This document shows positions 57,194 through 64,000 of a stretch of 64,000 nucleotides of DNA, one piece after another. The position numbers and the translations under genes are program-made. The notes beneath the pieces were generated by a model. The model saw nothing but the letters and a program-made list of their open reading frames with translations. It was not told the DNA's origin and ran no database searches. Within the stretch, counting starts at the first letter, position 1. Each line of letters opens with the position of its first letter. The stretch is from an uncultured Candidatus Melainabacteria bacterium (lineage in GTDB: Bacteria > Cyanobacteriota > Vampirovibrionia > Gastranaerophilales > Gastranaerophilaceae): NCBI GenBank assembly GCA_934754505.1, contig CAKVIE010000003.1, positions 51,727 to 115,726 on the forward strand, in the 5' to 3' direction.

Positions 57194-58654
57194 ATGAGGC
57201 TTAATTTTGTTACAATAGCTATAAGTTTGATTTTGAAATACCTTGCAATTCTTATGATTTTGCCGATTGGAGTTGCTCTTTATTTTCAAGATTACAACTC
57301 TGTTTTGGCTTTTTTAACAACAACTTTAGTCAATTTGATTTTGGGAATTTTTCTTAACCCTAAAAGAATTGACCCTGATTTATTGAATGATTTTAAAAAG
57401 TCAGAAGCTCTTGCAACGGTTGCTTTTTCATGGATTTTTATATCATTGATAAGTACAATCCCTTATTTGTTTTACGGAATGTCGCCGATAAATGCTTTGT
57501 TTGAGGCTGTTTCGGGGATTACAACAACAGGGGCAACAATATTAACTGATTTTTCAAAATATCCTGCCGCTATGTTTTTCTGGCGGTCATATACCCAATG
57601 GCTCGGCGGTATGGGGATTATCGTTTTGTTTATTGCTGTTCTTCCTCAATTTGCAGTTGCAGGCAGACAAATGTTTTCGGCTGAATCTCCGGGACCGACT
57701 GACGGTAAATTTACACCTCGAATTAAATCTACTGCAGCCTTTCTTTGGAATTTGTATCTGGCTTTAACCGTTGTTTTGATTATTATTCTCAAAACTCTTG
57801 GTATGCCTTTATTTGATGCTGTTTGCAATTCTTTATCAACGATTGCCTGCGGAGGTTTTTCTCCAAATCCGAACAGTGTTTTCGGTTACAATAATCCGTC
57901 ATTTATTTGGGTAATTGCATTTTTTATGTTCCTTTCGGGAACAGGTTACCCTTTGATATACAAAATTTTTGTAAAACGTCAGCCTTTGAATTTGCTCAAA
58001 AATGATGAATTTAAAACTTACGTCGGTATAATTCTTGCATTTTCGATTTTAATATCTGCAATTTTGTATATAGATAAAACTTATGATATTTATAAAGCGG
58101 TTGAAGAAGGCTTGTTTCAGGTTGTTTCAACAATTACAACGACAGGCTATGCGACGGTTGATTATACAAAATGGCCGGTTGCGGCTCAAATGATTTTGGC
58201 TGTTTTGTTTTTTACAGGGGCTTGTGCAGGCTCCGCATCAGGCGGTTTGAAAGTAATCAGAGTTGTTTTTGTATATAAATATATCTCTCGTGAGTTGTTC
58301 AAAATTCTTCACCCTAATGCGGTCATTCCAGTAAAAATCAATGGCACGGCAATTCCGAATGAAATTATGTCACAAATGATTGCTTTTGTGATATTTTACT
58401 TCGCAATTTTTGCCATCACTGCATTTATAACAACTTTGATAGAGGGAAATGTTGCAGTCGGAGTAACGGGTTCGATTGCCGCTTTAGGAAATACAGGCCC
58501 CGGACTTGGACAAATCGGTCCGCTTGGAAATTTTGATTTTCTGCATACTTCAACAAAATTGATATTTATTTTCAATATGCTAATCGGTCGTTTAGAATTA
58601 ATACCGTTTTTAGCTATGCTGCACCCCGATTTTTATAATATTAAGAAACAATAG
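57194..58654 (+). CDS. trkH: Trk potassium uptake protein TrkH
   Basis: 486 aa polytopic protein with repeated pore-loop TTTG/GGFS-type segments. Confidence 0.9.
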   Translation: MRLNFVTIAISLILKYLAILMILPIGVALYFQDYNSVLAFLTTTLVNLILGIFLNPKRIDPDLLNDFKKSEALATVAFSWIFISLISTIPYLFYGMSPINALFEAVSGITTTGATILTDFSKYPAAMFFWRSYTQWLGGMGIIVLFIAVLPQFAVAGRQMFSAESPGPTDGKFTPRIKSTAAFLWNLYLALTVVLIIILKTLGMPLFDAVCNSLSTIACGGFSPNPNSVFGYNNPSFIWVIAFFMFLSGTGYPLIYKIFVKRQPLNLLKNDEFKTYVGIILAFSILISAILYIDKTYDIYKAVEEGLFQVVSTITTTGYATVDYTKWPVAAQMILAVLFFTGACAGSASGGLKVIRVVFVYKYISRELFKILHPNAVIPVKINGTAIPNEIMSQMIAFVIFYFAIFAITAFITTLIEGNVAVGVTGSIAALGNTGPGLGQIGPLGNFDFLHTSTKLIFIFNMLIGRLELIPFLAMLHPDFYNIKKQ

Positions 58655-58667
58655 TAAAGAGAAAAAT

Positions 58668-59945
58668 ATGGATAAAATTTCACAAAAAGTTAAAAATTTA
58701 CAAGGCGAAATTACGATACCGCCCGATAAGTCGATAAGTCACAGAACAGCTATGTTTGCGGCTTTGACAAAAGGTGTTGTAAACATAAAAAATTATTCAA
58801 AAGGTGCTGATTGCCATTCAACTTTGAATATTATCAAAAATTTGGGTTGTGATGTGATTTTCCACAACGAAACGGATATTACGATTAATGCGAAAAATGC
58901 GTTGACGGCTCCGAATTGTGATTTGGATTGCGGAAATTCGGGAACAACAATGCGTATGATGTCTGGAATTTTGGCAGGTCAAAATTTTAATTCGACTCTT
59001 TTCGGTGACCAAAGTTTGAGTAAACGTCCTATGAAAAGGATTATTCAGCCTTTGACGTTGATGGGAGCGGAATTTAAACACAATGATTTCAAAGCCCCTT
59101 TGACAGTTATAGGTTCAAAATTAAGTCCGATTACATATAATTCGCCGCTTGCATCGGCACAGGTTAAATCTGCTATACTTCTTGCTGGGCTTTTTACAGA
59201 CGGCATTACAACGGTAAATGAGCCTTTTCAATCAAGAAATCACACCGAATTAATGCTTAAATATCTCGAAGCAGACATAACCGAGCATTCTAAAACTTCA
59301 ACGTCTATCAAAAAGTCAGAACTTGTTCCGAAAGATATGGAAGTTTGCGGTGATATTTCTTCGGCAGCTTTCTTTATGGTTGCGGCGGCAATAGTTCCAA
59401 ATTCTGAAATTACCATAAAAAATGTCGGCATTAATGAAACCCGTTCGGGCATTATTGATGTATTTAAACGAATGAATGCCAATATTGAAATTTTGAACAA
59501 ACGAAATATTTCAGGGGAAGATGTTGCTGACATAAAAGTCGGTTATTCTGAATTAAAGGCTACGACAGTTGAAGGGGCGGAAATACCGAGATTGATTGAT
59601 GAAATTCCTGTTATTGCTGTTCTTGCAACTCAAGCAGAGGGTTCCACAATAATAAAAGACGCTGCCGATTTGCGAAACAAAGAATCTGACAGAATTTCAA
59701 CTATTGTAAGTCAGCTCAATTCCATCGGTGCAAATGTTGAAGAAACTCCTGACGGTATGATTATTCACGGAAAGACTAAATTAATCGGTGACAAGTCAAT
59801 CGAATGTTTTCACGACCACAGAACTGCAATGAGCTTTTTTGTTGCAGGTTTGATTTGTGAAAACCCTCTTTTGATAAAAGATTTTCAATGGGTTAATACT
59901 TCATTCCCCGAATTTGATGAACTTATGACTTCTGTAATTCAGTAG
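58668..59945 (+). CDS. aroA: 3-phosphoshikimate 1-carboxyvinyltransferase (EPSP synthase)
   Basis: PPDKSISHR and GNSGTTMR motifs. Confidence 0.95.
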   Translation: MDKISQKVKNLQGEITIPPDKSISHRTAMFAALTKGVVNIKNYSKGADCHSTLNIIKNLGCDVIFHNETDITINAKNALTAPNCDLDCGNSGTTMRMMSGILAGQNFNSTLFGDQSLSKRPMKRIIQPLTLMGAEFKHNDFKAPLTVIGSKLSPITYNSPLASAQVKSAILLAGLFTDGITTVNEPFQSRNHTELMLKYLEADITEHSKTSTSIKKSELVPKDMEVCGDISSAAFFMVAAAIVPNSEITIKNVGINETRSGIIDVFKRMNANIEILNKRNISGEDVADIKVGYSELKATTVEGAEIPRLIDEIPVIAVLATQAEGSTIIKDAADLRNKESDRISTIVSQLNSIGANVEETPDGMIIHGKTKLIGDKSIECFHDHRTAMSFFVAGLICENPLLIKDFQWVNTSFPEFDELMTSVIQ

Positions 59946-59970
59946 GTTTGAAAATTAAAATTTCCAATAA

Positions 59971-60000
59971 AAAACAAGCCCCGAAAAGGAGGCTTGTTTT
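59971..60000. terminator. bidirectional terminator between aroA and prs
   Basis: aaaacaagcc pairs with ggcttgtttt (10 bp) across a 10-nt loop. Confidence 0.75.
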
Positions 60001-60017
60001 TGTATTCATTTATAATA

Positions 60018-61025
60018 TTAACCTTTGTATTCTTTTTCAAAACCAAAGAGTGAGCTGATTGATTCATCATCGTGAATACGAGAAATTGCTTCGCCCAAAA
60101 TCGGTGCAACACTTAATTGCGTGATTTTTGCAGGTGCATTTTCTTTCAACGGAATTGAATTTGTCACAATAACTTCTTCAATCGGTGCTTCTTCAAGTCT
60201 TTCAAGTGCCGGGCCTGAAAATACGGGGTGAACAGCACATACATAAACAGCTTTTGCACCTTCTCTTTTCAAAAGTTTTGCAGCTTCGCAGATTGTTCCT
60301 GCTGTATCTATAATATCGTCAAATAAAATACAAATTTTATCTTTTACATCACCGATAAGATATTCTGCAATAGCTTCATTGTGTTTGTCACGGCGTTTAT
60401 CAACAATTGCCATTGAACATTTCATTTCTTTTGCAAAGTATCTTGTTCTTCTTACTCCGCCTGCATCAGGGCTGACACCGCATAATTCTTCGGGGTTGAA
60501 GTTTTTCTTCTTCATATAATCAACAAGAACAAGTGTTGCGAAAATGTTATCAACCAAGATATTAAAGAAACCTTGGATTTGACCTGAGTGCAAGTCTAAT
60601 GCCAAAACTCTGTCTGCACCTGCTGTTGTCAACAAGTCAGCCATTAATTTTGCCGTGATAGCTTCTCTGCCTGTCGTTTTTCTGTCTTGTCTTGCGTAAC
60701 CATAGTACGGAATTACCGCTGTGATTGTCTTTGCACTTGCTCTCTTGAATGCATCTATCATAATCAAGAGCTCCATAGCATTTTGGTTTACAGGTGTGCA
60801 TACAGGTTGAATGATAAATACATCATCGCCTCTGATACTTTCTTGAACTTGAACGTATGTTTCACCGTCTGCAAAGTTCTTGATAACCATAGGTCCAACT
60901 GTTGTTCCTAAATATTCTGCAATTTCTTCTGCAAGTTTAGGGTTTGCTCTGCCTGAAAACAACTTAATGTCGTGTGTCGGGTTTATTGTCTGGTTTCCTT
61001 GCGGAAATACTGATTTAAGTTCCAT
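60018..61025 (-). CDS. prs: ribose-phosphate pyrophosphokinase
   Basis: The ATG at 61025 forms a TAATG overlap with the glmU stop, so it is preferred over the ORF-track start at 61070. DLHSGQIQGFF and PRPP loop FDDIIDTAGT. Confidence 0.93.
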   Translation of the reverse strand: MELKSVFPQGNQTINPTHDIKLFSGRANPKLAEEIAEYLGTTVGPMVIKNFADGETYVQVQESIRGDDVFIIQPVCTPVNQNAMELLIMIDAFKRASAKTITAVIPYYGYARQDRKTTGREAITAKLMADLLTTAGADRVLALDLHSGQIQGFFNILVDNIFATLVLVDYMKKKNFNPEELCGVSPDAGGVRRTRYFAKEMKCSMAIVDKRRDKHNEAIAEYLIGDVKDKICILFDDIIDTAGTICEAAKLLKREGAKAVYVCAVHPVFSGPALERLEEAPIEEVIVTNSIPLKENAPAKITQLSVAPILGEAISRIHDDESISSLFGFEKEYKG

Positions 61026-62338
61026 TATTTTTCTCCGGATTTGCCTTTTTGTAATCGTTCGGTTACCCATTCTTTAAATACTTTAAAGGGGGCTCGAGTC
61101 AAAGCCAAAGCATTAGCTTCAACGTCCTTTGTTACGACGGAACCCGCTGCACACATTGAGTTTTCGTGCATGGTTACAGGGGCAACAAGTACCGAATTTG
61201 AACCTGTGTTTGCACCGTCTTTTATAATTGTTTTAGTTTTTGTCTTTAATACAGGGTCGTAATTTGCTGTAATTGTTCCGGCTCCTATGTTTACGTGTTC
61301 GCCTAACTCGCTGTCGCCGATGTAGCTTAAATGTGAAACATTTGTGTTGCTTTTTACGACTGATTTCTTTATTTCGACAAAATTACCTATTCTGACATTG
61401 TCGCCAATTTCCGCACCGCCTCTGATGTGTGCGAACGGTCCTATTTGACAATGGCTTCCTATGGTATTTTTACCTGTTATATATACGTTCGGGTAAATTA
61501 CCGTATCTGCTCCGATTGTCGTATCGGGAGATATAAAGGCACTTTCCGGATCGACTATCGTTACACCCGAATCTAATAATCTTTTGTTTGTTCTGTTTTT
61601 CAAAATTTTTGTTGCTTCGGCAAGATTTGCTTTTGAATTAATTCCGAAAATTTCTTCGTTATTTTTCAAAATATATGCTTCTGCTTTTAAACCTTTTTCA
61701 ATAACTGCCGCAACTATATCCGTTAAATAATATTCACCTTGTGCATTGTTGCATTTTAAATCTGCGAACATCGGAAATACTGTTTCTTTATCCAAACAAT
61801 ACATGCCCGCATTAATTTCTTTTATCTTTTTAACATTTTCATCGGCATCTTTTTCTTCCGTAATACATTTCAAAGAGCCGTTTTCGTTTCTGACTATACG
61901 ACCGTAGTTAGTCGGATTATCAAATATTGCTGACATAACAGTTAAAGCTGCACCGCTTTGTTCGTGGGCATTGATAAAATCAGCCATGGTATCTGCTTCA
62001 ATCAAAGGTGTATCGCCGCAAACAACGAGAACCGTGCCTTTAAAGTTTTTCAAAAGGTCATTTGCCTTATAAACGGCATCGCCTGTACCTCTTTGCGGTG
62101 ATTGAAGTACGCATTTTGCGTTTTCTGCATAACCATTTACAAAATTTTCGACTTTTTCTGCACCGTGACCGACCACGACAATATTTTCTTCAACCAATCC
62201 TGTTGAATTGATTGCATCTAAAACATATCCTAAAAGCGGTTTGGTAAAAATAGGATGAAGAACTTTCGGTAAATCCGATTTCATTCTCGTACCCTTGCCT
62301 GCTGCAAGAATAACCGCTTTAACTTTGTTATTTTCCAT
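61025..62338 (-). CDS. glmU: bifunctional UDP-GlcNAc pyrophosphorylase / GlcN-1-P acetyltransferase
   Basis: Start MENNKVKAVILAAGKGTRM at 62338. C-terminal hexapeptide-repeat beta-helix. Confidence 0.95.
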   Translation of the reverse strand: MENNKVKAVILAAGKGTRMKSDLPKVLHPIFTKPLLGYVLDAINSTGLVEENIVVVGHGAEKVENFVNGYAENAKCVLQSPQRGTGDAVYKANDLLKNFKGTVLVVCGDTPLIEADTMADFINAHEQSGAALTVMSAIFDNPTNYGRIVRNENGSLKCITEEKDADENVKKIKEINAGMYCLDKETVFPMFADLKCNNAQGEYYLTDIVAAVIEKGLKAEAYILKNNEEIFGINSKANLAEATKILKNRTNKRLLDSGVTIVDPESAFISPDTTIGADTVIYPNVYITGKNTIGSHCQIGPFAHIRGGAEIGDNVRIGNFVEIKKSVVKSNTNVSHLSYIGDSELGEHVNIGAGTITANYDPVLKTKTKTIIKDGANTGSNSVLVAPVTMHENSMCAAGSVVTKDVEANALALTRAPFKVFKEWVTERLQKGKSGEK

Positions 62339-62455
62339 AATCTTTAATTCCTCACAATTATTATACAAAAATATCACAAAAAAAGAACATTTTTTTTTAT
62401 TCTTTTGACGATTTTTAACATACTTTTTATAAAATAGTGAAAAATCGAATTCATT

Positions 62456-63658
62456 TTATTTCTTCAATTTCAGGATTTGTTCTTGAGCCGCTATTGCACG
62501 TCTGTTATCGGGGTATCTTTGCAAAATTTTGTTGCAATAACCACGGGCATTGCAGAAGTCCTTTGTTCCGAAAACCTCTATATCCATACCTAAATAATAA
62601 TATGCCAAAGTTTTGTCGTCGAGCTTTAATGCTTGTGAAATATCAGATTGTGCATTTTTGTAATCTTCTATTTTGAATTCTGCCCATGCTTTTTGGTACC
62701 AAATTTTGGCTGTCCATCTTTTATCTGAAATATTATCGTATTTTAGTGCGGTTTCAAAGTCAGCAATCGCTTCTTTATATTTTTTCGTTTGATTGTATAA
62801 AGTACCTCTGATGTAGTAATTGCTCGCATCTGTGACGTTTATATCTATTGCATCTTCTATTATTGAAAATGCTTCCGTTGAACGCTCGGTATTTTGTAAA
62901 CAATTTGCAAGCAGCTGATAAAGTTTTACATCTTTCGGTGCAAGTTGTATAGCTTTTTTCAAATCGTCTATTGCGTTTTTAAAACGCTGCATATTATAGG
63001 AAATATTTGCTCTAAAGTAATAATACTCTGTATTTTCTCTATCCAAATCTATTGCACTTCCCATATCAATATATGCTCCGCTGTCGTCGTGGAGTTTGTC
63101 TTTTAATATGGCTCTGTTGTAATAATATTCGTGTTCTTTTGTATTTAATTTGATTGCCGAGTTTAAATCGGACAAACTTTCTTTATACTTTTTTAAAATT
63201 GCATATATTTTACTTCTTTGAAAATAATACTGTGATTTGCCGAATTCATTCACCAATGTTGTTAAACAATTAAAGGCGTCAGCATTCTTTTTAGCTTGGA
63301 ATAACAACATAAATCTTGCCTGAAGATAAAATTCTCGGTCTATTCTGTTAGAGTTATCTTCATCAAAATATTTTAAACCTAAAAATCTAATCATTGGCTC
63401 TGAAATTTTGTACAAATTTTTGATTTTTTTTCTGTCTGCGTTGTTAAGTTTCTCGGCTTTTATCAAACAATTAACAGCTTTTGCAAAACATTTTTTGTTT
63501 GATGTTTTTAAAACACTCAATATATAACTTGAATAATCATCGTATTCCGCTTGCGGTGTTTCTACAATTTTATCCAAATACTCTGTTAATTTGCTCCATT
63601 GCAAACCTTTTCTGAGTTGTTTTATTGTTTCCGATCTCTCGCTCATATCTTTTTCCAA
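62456..63658 (-). CDS. TPR repeat protein
   Basis: 400 aa of repeated TPR units (..YYYNRAILKDKL.., ..YYIRGTLYNQ..). Confidence 0.8.
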   Translation of the reverse strand: MEKDMSERSETIKQLRKGLQWSKLTEYLDKIVETPQAEYDDYSSYILSVLKTSNKKCFAKAVNCLIKAEKLNNADRKKIKNLYKISEPMIRFLGLKYFDEDNSNRIDREFYLQARFMLLFQAKKNADAFNCLTTLVNEFGKSQYYFQRSKIYAILKKYKESLSDLNSAIKLNTKEHEYYYNRAILKDKLHDDSGAYIDMGSAIDLDRENTEYYYFRANISYNMQRFKNAIDDLKKAIQLAPKDVKLYQLLANCLQNTERSTEAFSIIEDAIDINVTDASNYYIRGTLYNQTKKYKEAIADFETALKYDNISDKRWTAKIWYQKAWAEFKIEDYKNAQSDISQALKLDDKTLAYYYLGMDIEVFGTKDFCNARGYCNKILQRYPDNRRAIAAQEQILKLKK

Positions 63659-63822
63659 TAATTATCAAGTTTATTATAACAGTATTTCTTTTTATAATCC
63701 ATAATATTTTTGAACTAAAAAAAGAGCGTATCTCTACACTCATGGATTTTATATGTTTATCTGACCAAACAAATTACCTGCTTTTTTCAAAGCAAGTAGT
63801 TCGTTCGTCTGTGTTAAAAAAA

Positions 63823-64000
63823 CTATGCAGCTTGTTTGTTGCTATCCTTGTTTTTTTCACTTTCGGGAAGCGGGAATTCTTCTGTAAAATCTACTTCTCC
63901 GTTTGTTTCATCGTAAATGGTTTTTGCAAGTTTTGCTGAATAATTATCGTATTTCGGATGAATTTTAGGATCTTTCGATTCGTCTATTGCTCTTTGTGCT
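63823..64000 (-). CDS. 3' end of an unidentified gene (5' part outside window)
   Basis: The minus frame is open to the window edge: ..AQRAIDESKDPKIHPKYDNYSAKLAKTIYDETNGEVDFTEEFPLPESEKNKDSNKQAA*. It looks more protein-like than the overlapping plus-strand ORF 63625-63939. Confidence 0.45.
   Translation of the reverse strand, partial: AQRAIDESKDPKIHPKYDNYSAKLAKTIYDETNGEVDFTEEFPLPESEKNKDSNKQAA

Noticed and set aside
63625-63939. 104-aa plus-strand ORF at the window end
   Set aside because: The peptide is Phe/Ile-rich junk that overlaps the promoter region of the TPR gene and a better minus-strand partial frame (63823-64000).

Overview
AT-rich, densely coding chromosomal segment. About 60 genes sit in long co-directional operons, many joined by TAATG or ATGA start/stop overlaps. 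Most of the window is housekeeping: obg, PFOR (nifJ), a radical-SAM/RNase E-G pair, polA, ndk, tgt, nrdDG, rpsP, lysC, thrC-hom, trkAH, aroA and glmU-prs. A TolC/HlyD/ABC-2 efflux operon, two AsmA-like genes and kdsC indicate a diderm envelope. PFOR, class III RNR and Fe-ADH indicate an anaerobe. Together with an RpaB-like OmpR regulator, a type IV pilin-like gene and three large TPR proteins, the content fits a gut Melainabacteria/Vampirovibrionia-like lineage; this is inference only. I saw one tRNA (Cys) and no rRNA, CRISPR, transposase, integrase or phage genes. I did not find a clear multi-gene novel system. The unexplained items are small and scattered: (1) a 116-aa ORF made of six tandem GE(S/T)AGS(L/I/V)AF decapeptides, beside a relic of an efflux-protein C-terminus; (2) two monocistronic orphan enzyme-tailed proteins (HExxH and variant HNH) that share an M-x-[IL]-N-G-x-N-x-I-Q N-terminus; (3) a ~630-bp non-coding block downstream of the HNH gene, with inverted copies of a 33-nt hairpin repeat showing compensatory changes, a 13-bp hairpin with a CGGA loop, and apparent GGA/CGGA enrichment; (4) an RNase E/G with a long disordered tail carrying two RGRKPK modules; (5) a carbamoyltransferase/SxtJ-like/DUF5989-like trio that includes a 51-aa ORF absent from the ORF track.
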